DNA of 64,000 nt. Source: an uncultured Phycisphaerales bacterium. Its GTDB lineage: Bacteria > Planctomycetota > Phycisphaerae > Tepidisphaerales > Tepidisphaeraceae. Of the stretch, positions 45,379 through 56,930 are shown in pieces. Numbering within the stretch: the first letter of the stretch is position 1; the number at the start of each line of letters is the position of its first letter. Made by a program: the position numbers and the translations under genes. The DNA is taken from the NCBI GenBank assembly GCA_963758525.1, contig CAVWVQ010000003.1, forward strand, positions 160,001-224,000. Reading direction: 5' to 3'. A model generated the notes under the pieces. That model had not been told where the DNA came from and did not search any database. It saw only the letters and a program-made list of their open reading frames with translations.

Positions 45379-46182
45379 CTATAACAATTCGCTCTGCCGA
45401 TGCGCTGCCATCGACCTCAATTCACGCTCGGCCTGCAACCAGTCTCGCAACTCGGTTCCGTGGGGCCTGCCGTTCGTTTCCCAGAGATGATAGGCGGCTT
45501 GGGCAATTGACTTGTGCGTGATCTCCAACACGTTTGCTGCAGGTTCCGCCGCAGCCTGCGGAATTGCGGGCGGGTCGATCTCGGAAGCGACATCATCGAC
45601 GACTGCCGGGGAGTTTTGCGACTTGAGTTGTGTCAGTGCTTCGGCCGCGGCGGCGCGGACGACGGGGTGGAAAAAGCCGTCCGCGTCGTCCAGCACGGCA
45701 GTCAGCGGCTCGACGGCGCGCGCGTCGCCAAGGGCGGCCACGGCGCAGATGGCCTCGGCGCTGACTTCGGCCATCGGGTCGTTGATCGCACGAACCAGCG
45801 TCGGCGTGGCCGAGCGGTCTCCCAACTGACCGAGACTGACGCAAGCGGCAGCGCGAACCATGGCGTGGAAGTAGCCGCTGATATTCTCGACTGCTTCGAT
45901 CAGCGCAGAGACGGCCGAGCGATCGCCAAGTCGGCCCAGTTCGGCGGCCGCTGCGCACGCCGTGTCGGCTGACGAAGATTGCAGAGCCGCTATCAATTCC
46001 GCGGCGGGCGACACTGTGACTTGAGCCGCTACCCAGCGGCCCGTGCCGACGGGAGCAGGAGCGACCGGACTTTCATTCGGCTGCGCGGGCAGGTCAACGA
46101 ACACCGGAATTCCAGCCCTCTCACGTTCCGGGGACGCGACGACCGGCTGATTCGGCGCCGTGGTTTGTGGATCGCGTGACAT
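45379..46182 (-). CDS. HEAT-repeat protein with C-terminal DUF2934
   Basis: LGRLGDRSAV / LGQLGDRSAT / LGDARAVEPL repeats; IAQAAYHLWETNGRPHG...DWLQAEREL. Confidence 0.85.
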   Translation of the reverse strand: MSRDPQTTAPNQPVVASPERERAGIPVFVDLPAQPNESPVAPAPVGTGRWVAAQVTVSPAAELIAALQSSSADTACAAAAELGRLGDRSAVSALIEAVENISGYFHAMVRAAACVSLGQLGDRSATPTLVRAINDPMAEVSAEAICAVAALGDARAVEPLTAVLDDADGFFHPVVRAAAAEALTQLKSQNSPAVVDDVASEIDPPAIPQAAAEPAANVLEITHKSIAQAAYHLWETNGRPHGTELRDWLQAERELRSMAAHRQSELL

Positions 46183-46298
46183 CGAATTTCCTCCGTGTGA
46201 TATGCGGGCGGAACAGCCGGTTCAAAACAAAGGAACCTGCTGATGAGCCGCCGGCAGAGTTTCGAGCGCAGAAAGAATACCCGAGGGCTGCGCCGAAG

Positions 46299-46880
46299 CT
46301 ATCTCAGGCGGTCTTCTGAAGTGATATGGGCACGTCTGGCTTGGCGCATCCAGGTGAAGTGATGGAAGAAAAGCAGCGCGGCCCCGAGAGCGCCACCGCG
46401 GGCAAAATTGCTGCGGGAGGATATTGCGATCCACATCATGGCGAGCATTACCAGCACGATGTGATAGAGGGCAATCGTCAGAACGCGTTGCTGGGACATC
46501 GCGTCCTTCGCGGAACGATCGCCGGCATGCTGCGAGAGATACCAGAACGCCAGGAGGTTCGTGAGGTGATTCGCCACGAGAATGCCGAACATCACCAGGA
46601 GTGTCCCCAGCAGAAGCTGTTTGAACCCTTCCGGCAGACGGGCGGCTTCGACCAGCCATGTGAGAGCTAAACTCCATCCCAGCACCCATATTGCATATTG
46701 CGCGTCGAACCACTTCTTCTGGTCAATCGCGTTCTGCAAACGAGGATTGAGCGGGTACTGCCCCACCCTGAAATGCTGCGCGTATCGCTTCTCCTTGCCG
46801 ATCGTCCCAAGGAGGCTCAGGAAGTAGTCGGCGAACATCAGCAGCGGCAACAGGAGAACTTCAGGATGCTTCACGTTCAC
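46299..46880 (-). CDS. Hypothetical membrane protein
   Basis: About 5 hydrophobic helices; GGAGG before GTG. Confidence 0.7.
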   Translation of the reverse strand: MNVKHPEVLLLPLLMFADYFLSLLGTIGKEKRYAQHFRVGQYPLNPRLQNAIDQKKWFDAQYAIWVLGWSLALTWLVEAARLPEGFKQLLLGTLLVMFGILVANHLTNLLAFWYLSQHAGDRSAKDAMSQQRVLTIALYHIVLVMLAMMWIAISSRSNFARGGALGAALLFFHHFTWMRQARRAHITSEDRLR

Positions 46881-47366
46881 GCCTCCGAAACCCGCTTCAT
46901 CCTCCGATGGAACATCGAAGCAATCTTTACAGCCAGGCGCCTTTCCCGCAGCCCTGCGTGGATCATCTCACGGACTCGTTCGCTCGACGCTTAACGATTC
47001 ATTATTCCCTGCGTTGAGTCCAGCTTGCGACCATAAAGTCGTCAGCTTCCGTTTTTCCTTACCGAGTACACCGCCGGGCTTGGAGATTTGACGAATCAGG
47101 AAATGTTTAACTGATCGCGAGTGGCGCAGCTGAGATGTGCATCACCGCCGGCAGCGAAACCCCCTCTGTCTCAACGCTTTGCGCCGGAGATTGATTCGTG
47201 GAGATGGGCCTGATGCTCGCCGACCGGCGTTCCGCGACCCCGGCTACAGCGCGCACCCACAGCGGTCGAGATGCATCGCCTCTGAGAATGGAACCTGTAA
47301 CAGCGAAGGTGAAACGAATAGGGCCTTGCGCTGGCCGCGGCGGTCGAAGCCGCCCGGCTTCGCCGG

Positions 47367-47441
47367 CTATTTCTTGCCGGCTTTCTTATCCTGCTTGGGC
47401 TTCTTCACTTCCTTCTTTCGAACTTTGTTGCCCTTGCCCAT
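47367..47441 (-). CDS. 24-aa lysine-rich small protein
   Basis: AAGGAG SD; MGKGNKVRKKEVKKPKQDKKAGKK*; GC hairpin after the stop. Confidence 0.6.
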   Translation of the reverse strand: MGKGNKVRKKEVKKPKQDKKAGKK

Positions 47442-47773
47442 GATCTGACTCCTTTGATGGGTGTTTGCCGTCGTTGAAGGCTCGAGCGAGCCCGCACTTT
47501 GCTAACTGTTCATATTCTCATCCGTGTTGCAAATGGATATTCGGGAATTCCGACGCCGCCGACCGTCGCGCCTGCGCGGAGCGTGCTATGCTTGTCGAGT
47601 TATTCCTGAACGTCCAAGCGTTTTTGGAAGAGAATAATAATGTCCGCCGAAGCTACGCTCGGCTTTTCACCGCGAGAATCATCTTGAGTGCTGCTCTTCA
47701 TTGAACGCAAACTATCCGGCACTAATCTGCCGCGACGCGTAATCAAATCGTTCCCACTCTTCCGCGAGGCACG

Positions 47774-50316
47774 ATGAATCATCCGGCTCTCACTCCTGAT
47801 GGCGTCAAAACCCCCACTGCCCTGCTCCCCCTTCTCGGCAATGATGCCGCGGCTTTGCGGCTCGGGATGCTCTACCACCTTGAATTCACGCTGGCGGAAT
47901 TGCCGGGACATGTGGACAGCGTGTGGGAGCCGTACGTCAGCCTGGCGCTTTCCATGCGCGATCGGCTGCTGGAGCGATGGATCCGGACGCAGGAGGCGTA
48001 CTACGCGGCCGACGCGAAGCGCGTCTACTACATGTCGCTGGAGTTTCTGATGGGACGGACGCTGGGGAACGCGATGATCAATCTCGGTTTGCTCGAGCAG
48101 TGCGGCGCAGCCGCGCGCGATCTCGGCTATGAGCTGGAGGAACTTCGCGACGCTGAGTGGGACGCAGGCCTGGGCAACGGCGGGCTCGGGCGGCTGGCGG
48201 CGTGCTTCATGGATTCGCTGGCAACGCTGCAGATTCCCGCCTACGGATACGGGATCCGCTACGACTACGGAATCTTCCATCAGCGGATCGTCAACGGCGC
48301 GCAGGTCGAGGTGCCGGACGCGTGGCTTCGCTACGGCAACCCTTGGGAAGTTGCGCGGCCGCTCGATCGCATGCGCGTTCACTACCACGGTCGGGTAAAT
48401 CAGTTCGTCGACGACAAGGGCCGCTTCATCTCTCAATGGGTCGACACCGAAGACGTCTTTGCTGTCCCGTACGACACGCCGATTCCCGGATATCTCAATG
48501 GCACCGTCAATACCGTGCGGCTGTGGAGCGCCCGGGCGACCGACGAATTTGACTTTCGTCATTTCGACTCCGGAGACTACATCGGCGCGGTGCATGCGAA
48601 GGATTTGTCGGAGAACATTTCCAAAGTCCTCTACCCCAACGACAACGCCTTTGAAGGAAAAGAGCTTCGGCTCAAGCAGGAGTATTTTTTTGTCGCCGCC
48701 ACGCTGGCGGACGTTATCCGGCGATACAAGAAGCGGTATCGAATGTTCGACCAGAGCAAGGGGCTCAGAACATTTGACCGCTTTGCCGAGAAGACCGCCA
48801 TTCAGCTCAATGACACGCATCCGGCGCTGGCGATTCCCGAGCTGATGCGGATCCTGGTCGATCTCGAAGGGCTCGATTGGGAGGAGGCATGGGACATCAC
48901 CACGCGCACGTTCGGCTACACCAACCACACCGTCTTGCCCGAGGCGTTGGAGCGATGGCCCGTCGGTTTGTTTGGCTCGGTGCTGCCGCGACATCTGCAA
49001 ATCATCTACGAAATCAACGCCCGCTTTCTCGCCGGCGTCCGCGAGAAGCTTGGGCCGGACGACGATCGCGACCGGCGAATGTCGATCATCGAAGAAGGCG
49101 GAGAGAGGCGCGTCCGCATGGCGACGCTCGCGATCGTTGGCAGCCACAGCGTCAACGGAGTCGCGGCGCTGCACAGCGAGATTCTCAAGAATGAACTCTT
49201 TCGCGATTTCTCGCAGTTCTGGCCGGCCAAGTTCAATAACAAGACCAACGGCGTCACGCAGCGCCGCTGGCTGCTGAAGTGCAACCCCCCTCTCTCCAAG
49301 TTGATCACCGATGCCATCGGCGACGGGTGGATTACGGATTTGTTTCAACTGAAGAAGCTCGCCCCTCTTGCCGATGACGCGTCATTTCAGGGAAAGTGGA
49401 AAGAGTGCAAGCTCGCTAGCAAGAAGCGCCTGGCGGACCTCATCGAGCAGCAGTTCAAGAAGCGTGGCACGCCTGTACGCATCGATCCCAATTCCATTTT
49501 CGACTGTCAGGTGAAACGCCTGCACGAGTACAAACGGCAATTGCTGAATCTGCTGAACGTCATCACCCTCTACCACCGGATTCGCGGCGGAGACCAGGCG
49601 ATCGTGCCGCGCACGGTCATCTTTGGCGGAAAATCCGCGCCCGGCTACTTCATGGCCAAGCTGATCATCCGCCTGATCAATGCCGTGGGCGAAACCGTCA
49701 ACAACGACCCAGCCGTCCAGGACCGGCTCAAGGTGGCGTTTCTTGCCGACTACCGCGTCTCACTGGCGGAGCGCATCTTCCCCGCGGCCGATCTTTCCGA
49801 GCAGATTTCCACCGCCGGCACCGAAGCTTCCGGCACCAGCAACATGAAGCTCTCTCTCAACGGCGCGCTCACCATCGGCACGATGGACGGCGCCAATATC
49901 GAGATCCGCGAAGAAGTCGGCGCGGACAATTTCTTCATCTTCGGCATGAATGCCGCCGAGGTATCGGCGCTGAAATCTCATTACAACCCGTGGGATTTCT
50001 ACAACAGCAACGCCGAGTTGCGCCGCGCATTGGACGCGATCCGCGACGGCCAGTTCAGCCCCGCCGATCGCGGGCTGTTCGCCCCCATTTTTGACTCGCT
50101 GCTGGCCGGCGGCGACCGCTACATGGTGCTGGCGGACTACGCCTCATACATCGAATGTCAGCAGCAAGTCGGCCAGGCTTATGCCGACCCGGCGCGCTGG
50201 CGCGCATGTCCATCCTGAATGTCGCAGGAATGGGGAAGTTTTCCAGCGATCGGTCTATACAGCAATATTGTGATGAGATCTGGGATGCGAAACCGGTAAA
50301 GCCGGCGGTGGGATAG
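47774..50316 (+). CDS. glgP: Glycogen/starch phosphorylase (frameshift near 50200)
   Basis: [40 protein letters not shown]-terminal GKFSSDRSI lies in the next frame. Confidence 0.97.
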
Positions 50317-50327
50317 TGGCAGAAGCC

Positions 50328-50458
50328 CGAATGCGAAACCACAATCCCGAATCAAATAATCAAATCAGAATAACGAATGACTGAATTGGCAAGTTTCGCC
50401 ATTCGGTCATTCGTCATTCGGTCTTGATTCTGGTTTCTGGTTTCGTCATTCGGATTTT
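50328..50458. repeat. Inverted heptamer-type tracts (GAATGAC / GTCATTC)
   Basis: cgaatgcgaaacc...cgaatgactgaat ... attcggtcattcgtcattcgg...ggtttcgtcattcgg, between convergent glgP and ppk2. Confidence 0.7.
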
Positions 50459-50462
50459 GCCA

Positions 50463-51395
50463 TCAGTACACCTCCGGCACCATCATCTCCTTCGGCACCG
50501 GATGACGCGTGTACTCCGCATGATGCTCCCGCGGCGGCAGTGTGATCTCCGGGTGCTCCACCGGCTCATATTTCACCTGGCTGAGCAGATGGTGGATGCA
50601 ATTGAGCCGGGCCTTTTTCTTGTCGACGGCGTGAACCACCCACCACGGCGCCTCGGGAATGTGCGTGCGGTGCAGCATCACTTCCTTGGCCTTGGTGTAG
50701 TCTTCCCAGCGCCGCCGTGACTCCAGGTCCATCGGGCTGAGCTTCCACTGCTTCAGCGGATCGTGAGTCCGGCAGAGGAAGCGAAATTCCTGCTCGTCAT
50801 CGGTGATCGAGAACCAGTATTTGATCAACTGGATGCCGGAGCGAACCAGCATCTTTTCAAATTCCGGCACGGAGCGGAAGAACTCCTCGTATTGCTCGTC
50901 GTTGCAGAATCCCATCACCCGCTCGACGCCCGCGCGGTTGTACCAACTGCGGTCGAAGAGAACCATCTCGCCAGCTCCCGGGAGATGCGCGACGTAGCGC
51001 TGAAAATACCACTGGGTTTTTTCGCGGTCGCTGGGCGCGGGCAGGGCCGCCACGCGGCAGACCCGCGGATTCAGCCGTTGCGTGATCCGCTTGATGACGC
51101 CTCCCTTGCCGGCCGCGTCGCGCCCTTCAAAGAGGACGACGATTTTGTGCTGGGAGTGCTGCAGCCAATCCTGCAGCTTCACCAGCTCACGCTGCAGCCG
51201 GAAGATTTCGCTGAAATAAAACTTCCGCGCCAGGCGGGCCGCCGTCTTCTCGGCGTCGGTCGCCTTCATTTTTTCGTCGTGCGACTCCTCGGCGTCTTCA
51301 AGTTCCAGCTCGAGCTCTTCGTCAAAGTTGTCTACCACGTCACGATGAATTCGGCCGAATAATTCGCGCTCACTGGTGGAATGGTCTTGGGTCAT
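50463..51395 (-). CDS. ppk2: Polyphosphate kinase 2
   Basis: FEGRDAAGKGG, QWYFQRY, FDRSWYNRAGVERVMGF, WKLSPMD. Confidence 0.97.
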   Translation of the reverse strand: MTQDHSTSERELFGRIHRDVVDNFDEELELELEDAEESHDEKMKATDAEKTAARLARKFYFSEIFRLQRELVKLQDWLQHSQHKIVVLFEGRDAAGKGGVIKRITQRLNPRVCRVAALPAPSDREKTQWYFQRYVAHLPGAGEMVLFDRSWYNRAGVERVMGFCNDEQYEEFFRSVPEFEKMLVRSGIQLIKYWFSITDDEQEFRFLCRTHDPLKQWKLSPMDLESRRRWEDYTKAKEVMLHRTHIPEAPWWVVHAVDKKKARLNCIHHLLSQVKYEPVEHPEITLPPREHHAEYTRHPVPKEMMVPEVY

Positions 51396-51548
51396 TTTGA
51401 TATTGCTCGGTCTGGAGAATGAGAAAGCCGCGTCGCCGCGAACCGTCACCAGGATCGAGATGTTGCCCGGCGAATATTAAGAACGATTGAAGACGTGGAG
51501 CATATATCCGGAGTGGGTGTGGCGCTCGAAAGTGGCGATCGGCTCCGA

Positions 51549-51616
51549 GTAGGGCGGGATTCATCCCGCCGATTTGTTGGCCGGCTGAGAAAACGGCGGG
51601 ATGAATCCCGCCCTAC
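51549..51616. repeat. GTAG-class REP doublet
   Basis: GTAGGGCGGGATTCATCCCGCC ... GGCGGGATGAATCCCGCCCTAC (perfect 22-bp inverted pair). Confidence 0.9.
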
Positions 51617-51761
51617 GATCGCAAAATCTGCCATCGCCACAAATAAAAGTTACACCCTCCGGACTTTGTTTCTGGGCCCGTTTACCGCATACGCAGCCAC
51701 AACCTTCAATAACGCCGCGGCCACCACCGCGGCGCGCGTCAGGCCATGCCGGCGAGCATAT

Positions 51762-54583
51762 TCATGGTGCCCTCCCCAAAAGCTTCACCGGCCCCGCCAA
51801 TCCCGACGGAAACACCGGCCAATTGCTGGCGTCCAACGGGTGATAGTCCGGGCTGACGATGTTAATGTCGCCGAAGACCTTCCACTCGACGTGCCGGCGA
51901 TCCAAATCGCGAATCCGATTGGCGGACAGATTCGTCACTTCCACTTCCAGCATGTTCCCGCCGGCTTGCAGCGCGCCGGCGGGCAGCAAAAGCCGGTACG
52001 GGGGCATGATCGCTGCTCCGATGGCTTTCCCGTTGAGCCGCACCCGCGCGCTCTGATACACGTCGCCCAGATCAAGCATGAGATCATCGCGCCGGGCCGG
52101 CGCGTCGAATGTCGTTCGATAGACTGCCGTCCCAGCGAAACGCTCGGCATCGGGTTCAGGGGCGCTCGTCCACGGCGCCAGCGTCTCCTGGCGATAGCCC
52201 TTGGGTAGCACGGGTCCGCCTTCAGTGAATTGAACTTCCCAGGGACCTTTCAGCTCGGCGACAGTTTCCGCAGGCTTTGCAAACTCGTAGCTTGCCGCGA
52301 CGCTCAAGTCCGCTTCAACAGTTCGCAGAATGATCGAATCGCCCGGGTCCAGATACAGATATACCTCCGCGTTGCCGGAAACTGTTCGCTGATTCACACG
52401 ACCGACTTGCCCTGTCATTGGATTCATCGCGACTACGCCGGCGGCAGGCCGCGCCAGCGCGAACCATCCATCCACAGCTTTCGCTGAGCTATTGACGATA
52501 AAGTAGTGCCGGCTCGTCCCCTGCCGACGGCGGATCATCGTGACTCCAGCCTGATCTACGATCGGCTCGCGCGCGACCTGCGCCGCGGCCAGAGCAGCCT
52601 CCAAATCTCCGACTAGCACGCGCCCCTTGCCGATCCGCGCTTCACGCAATCCGTTGTTCGTCGGGGAGGAGAACTGTATCGCTGCCTCCGCGGCTTTCAT
52701 CGCTTCGCGCCGCTCTTGCGCTTCCGCGAATCCTGGCACATCCTGCGGCAGGTCGCTTTCGAAGATCACCGTCGCCCCGCCCTCCGCGAGTTTGAGCAAC
52801 TGCCGTAGGGTTTCGACGGGCATGTGCACAACGGGAGGCGCGACCACCACACGATACTCGGCCCCGGGCGTCTTTAGTTTGCCGTCAACGCAGTTCGTCG
52901 AGGCAAGCTCGCGATCAGACACGTAATCGAATCCGAAACCACGCTCCCAGAGATGCGCCGCGGTCTTCCCGATCGGTTGTTGAGCGAGCCATGCCGGCGG
53001 CGCGCCGACTTCCAGGCGCTCCCCGATCACGTCACTCGAATGCCATAAATCGTGAATCGGCCAATAGAGCAAAACGTCATTGTCCGGCTCACCCAACTGC
53101 AGGACCGACTGACAGCGGGCGACGTAGGCATTGAGGATCGACACATCGTGCCAGATGGAGTTGCGCGGATTCATTTCCGTCGAGGCATAGAAACACCAGC
53201 CCGGCCAGGCGACGTCGTCGGGGGAATAGCAGCAGCCGTGATAGAAAATGTGATTGACGCCGCTGACGAAGAACTGATCGTCGAGCTCTTTCATCGCGCC
53301 CAGCGTCCCCTGGAAATGTTGCGCCAGCCACGTGCCGGTTTCGGAAGAGGTTCGCCGGCGGCCCATGACGTGCGCCGCCGACGAGGCAAATTTGCTGGAC
53401 AGCGGCGAGCCTTTTCCGAAGGCTTCTGTCTCGGGCATGTCCGCGATGCCGTAGAAGTCCAGCAGATTCGCCGCGCGCCGTGCGCCTGATTGCGCGTGAG
53501 AATGCCGTGCTGATGACACCAGGCGACCCATCGCGGGAACACGGCATCGACGATCAGATCGGAGACGGTTTCATGGTAATCCGTGCGTATTCTGCGAACC
53601 GTCTCGTCAGGCCCGATCCCCGCCAGCGCCGCGAAATGCTCCTGTAATTTGTAGCCTCGCAATTTTTCAAACTGCTCCAGCAAGTCCGGCGACCATTCGC
53701 CCCAATCCTGCGTCACGCCGGTGTTGTACTCGTACGAATCGTGAAACATGGCCCGCGGCATCACCGCATCGGGAGCAGCGAACGCTTCATTGAACGGCGC
53801 GAGAAACTTCTGCATCGCCGCCGGAAAGATCGGATTCAGCATCGGGCCGGCGCCACCCGGCGCGGACCGCTTGACGGCCGGGCCCTTTCGCCCGATCACA
53901 ATCACAAGCTTCCATCCGCCGCCCGGCGGCTTCCATCGCACGTTCCACTTCGCATCCACTCTGGCGTTGTCGATTTGGGTTTCGCCGCCGGCGGGATCGA
54001 CGGCGATGACATTCAGCACGTCTCCCTTGGGAAAGCCATGCTTTGGCGCCGGGATTGTCCAAGTCTCCGCGGCACTCGCGGGGATGTCGGCCGTGACAAG
54101 TGTGACGAAATACGCGGCCTCGCGCCTGGAGATTTGCGGGCCGCCGAAACACCAGCCGGTGCCGGTCGTCATATCGATTCCCATATCCAGCTTGCCGGCC
54201 TCGTGGACGGCGAAGGAGAGCATCTGCATCCACCGGCCGGTGAAATACGGAATCGACCGCGCGTCCGCTCCCTTCATTCCGTAGATTGGAGTGATGCTCA
54301 CCCCGCCGAGGCCGCCGTCATGGTATCGCTGCAATTCCCGGGCGAGATTCCCCTCGTCCACCGCGGACCCGGGCCACCAATTGAACGCCCACGGCTTGCA
54401 ATCACGCGTGATCGCCGGCCAGGCGAGCGGATCGCCGGCGCTTTGATCGTCGGCGCGAACGGAGCAACAGATTGAAAGAAGAAACAACAGGACCAACAAG
54501 GCGCTGGGAAGCGCTCGCAAAGCCCAAGTTAGCCGCGACGCGCAGCGGAGCGCGTATTGACTTACCCCGCTAAAACGGCGCAT
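51762..54583 (-). CDS. Glycoside hydrolase family 106 (alpha-L-rhamnosidase-like), secreted (frameshift near 53480; start uncertain)
   Basis: KPWAFNWWPGSAVD, GLGGVSITPIYG, FHDSYEY, RNQAHG, GVNHIFYHG, LEVEVTNLSANRI, SGLAGPV. Confidence 0.88.
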
Positions 54584-54650
54584 TGCGCCGTTGCACCCGC
54601 TCCGCGACACGTCGCTGCTGAGACCTTGCGTCAGAACTTCGCGCGACTTG

Positions 54651-54766
54651 CCCCCTCTCCCGGTACTCCGGGAGAGGGCGGGGGTGAGGGTGATTCCGAA
54701 CGTCGGACGCCGCCGGTCCTCAAAATCACCCTCACCCCAACCCTCTCCCGGGGTACCGGGAGAGGG
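54651..54766. repeat. REP doublet (CCCTCTCCC family)
   Basis: Close copy of 8270-8385. Confidence 0.85.
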
Positions 54767-54972
54767 AGTAATGAGACGCGATCTTACTTGGACGCAAGAT
54801 GGTATTTGTGACCTGAAGCAACCGACGCGCAATCGCTGACAACTTCCGCACCGTTGAAGAATCATCGCACGCCTCTCGCTGCAAATCACAAAAGCTGCAT
54901 CCCCTGTTTCGCCGCGCTCCGCGGCCGGCACATTCAGTTGCGGCGCCCTCCGCTTCCAACGATCATACTCCC

Positions 54973-56220
54973 ATGCGGAACGGCTGGATTGCGCTGGGGA
55001 TGATCTTACTCTCCGCCTCGGCGCACGGCGAAGGCTCCGATTGGCCGCAGTTTCTCGGCCCCGAGCGCAACGGCGAATATCACGGCAACGATCTTGCGGA
55101 TACCTGGCCCCGCGGAGGTCCCGCCGTGCTGTGGCATCGCGACATCGGAAAGGGCTGGGCCGCGCCGGTGGAACGAGACGGGAAACTGCTCGTCTTCCAT
55201 CGCGTCGGCGATACCGAGAAACTCGAATGTCTCGATCCGCTCACCGGAAGACAGATCTGGGTCGCGGATTCCCCGACGGCATACCAGGATGATTTTGGCT
55301 TCGACGACGGCCCGCGCGGCACGCCGAGCATCTCGGGCAATCGCGTTTACACGTACGATCCGGAAGGTTTTCTGCGGTGCCGGGACTTTGCTGCCGGCAA
55401 AGAGATCTGGGCAGTCGATACGAAGTCGCGATTCAATCAGGATAAGGGTTTCTTCGGCATGGCATGTTCGCCATTGGTCGAGGGAGATGCGGTTGTCGTG
55501 AACATCGGGGCAACAGGCGCGGGGGTCGTGGCGTTCGACCGCGCAACCGGCAAAACGCTCTGGAAAGCGACCGACGACGAAGCCGGCTATGCTTCGCCCG
55601 TCGCCGCGACCATCGGCGGCAAGCGATACGTTCTTGCCTTCACCCGAGCCGGCCTCAATGCCTTGGATCCGGCAACGGGGAAAACGTATTTTCAGTATCC
55701 GTTTCGCTCCACCATGAACGCATCGGTCAATGCGGCAACGCCGCTGGTGATCGATGACACGATCTTCCTTTCCGCCAGCTACGAAACCGGCGCGACGCTG
55801 CTGCGGTTTCACGAGAACGGCCCTGAGAAAATCTGGGCCGACGACGGCGTCCTTTCCAACCATTACTCAACCAGCGTGGCTCACGACGGCTATCTCTACG
55901 GTTTCGACGGCCGCCAGGAACAGGGACAGCATCTGCGATGCATTGAGCTCAAGAGCGGGAAGGTGCAATGGAGCCGAGACGATTTCGGCGCGGGAACGCT
56001 GATTGTTGCGGACGGGCTGCCGACGCCGGAGCTGATTGTTCTGACGGAAAAGGGAGAGCTGGTGGCGGCAGTCGCGTCGCCGGATGGATACAAGGAGCTT
56101 GGGCGCAAGCAACTCGTTGGCTTTGAAACGCGGGCGAACGCGGCGCTGGCGAACGGGCTCTACTTCGCGCGGGGCAAGAAGGAGTTGGTCTGCGTGGATT
56201 TGAGGAAGCCGCAGAAGTGA
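54973..56220 (+). CDS. Secreted PQQ-like (BamB-like) beta-propeller protein
   Basis: Signal peptide, DWPQFLGPERNG, repeated D..TGK..W blades. Confidence 0.9.
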   Translation: MRNGWIALGMILLSASAHGEGSDWPQFLGPERNGEYHGNDLADTWPRGGPAVLWHRDIGKGWAAPVERDGKLLVFHRVGDTEKLECLDPLTGRQIWVADSPTAYQDDFGFDDGPRGTPSISGNRVYTYDPEGFLRCRDFAAGKEIWAVDTKSRFNQDKGFFGMACSPLVEGDAVVVNIGATGAGVVAFDRATGKTLWKATDDEAGYASPVAATIGGKRYVLAFTRAGLNALDPATGKTYFQYPFRSTMNASVNAATPLVIDDTIFLSASYETGATLLRFHENGPEKIWADDGVLSNHYSTSVAHDGYLYGFDGRQEQGQHLRCIELKSGKVQWSRDDFGAGTLIVADGLPTPELIVLTEKGELVAAVASPDGYKELGRKQLVGFETRANAALANGLYFARGKKELVCVDLRKPQK

Positions 56221-56307
56221 AACGCCCGCCTGCGTCCAACTGAAGGTGTTGAAGAAACGGGAAGAAACGGGAATCACAGCCGGGGCAGCCGTGCCACAAG
56301 GGTCGCC

Positions 56308-56848
56308 ATGTCGAATCTGATCGTTCGTCTGCTGTTGTCAATTTTGATGATTCCGCTTGCGATTATCCTGTACGTCGTCGTCGTGGTGAGCACGGATCGA
56401 CATTTCGGAAGTGGAAGCGCAATCGTGGCTGCCAGCGCGACCTGGATCTTCATCGCTATCTACTGGATCAGCCTGTGGCGCGAAGCGGTGCAATGGGATT
56501 CGTGGCGGACGAGCGCAACGCTGGTGGCGGCGGTTCTCTCAGCGTTGACCGCACTCATCGCCGGCGTTGTCCTGAACAATGTGGAGCGTGACCTTGGCAC
56601 TGTTATCGGAAGCCTGACGGCGCCGCTGCTGTGGCTGGTGAGCACACTGCTCATCTGGCGCGAAACGTCGACAGAGCGGGTCGAGCGCCTGCGCTGCCGG
56701 CTCGAAGGTGCTGGTATGCCCGGCATGCGGGTACAACCTTACCGGATTGCGGGAAGTGCGCTGTCCGGAATGCGGGATGCAGATGACTCTTGATGAATTG
56801 ATCGCGGCGCAACCGAGGGTGACTGGCGCGGAACTTGAAGACCCATGA
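56308..56848 (+). CDS. Membrane protein with C-terminal zinc ribbon (frameshift near 56695)
   Basis: 4 TM helices; the other frame gives VCPACGYNLTGLREVRCPECG. Confidence 0.75.
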
Positions 56849-56930
56849 GAGGAGAGGGGGAAACCGCGAGCAAGCTCGGCGACTACACAGGACAACTCGA
56901 CGGTGGAATAACTGCATTACAACGGCAGCC

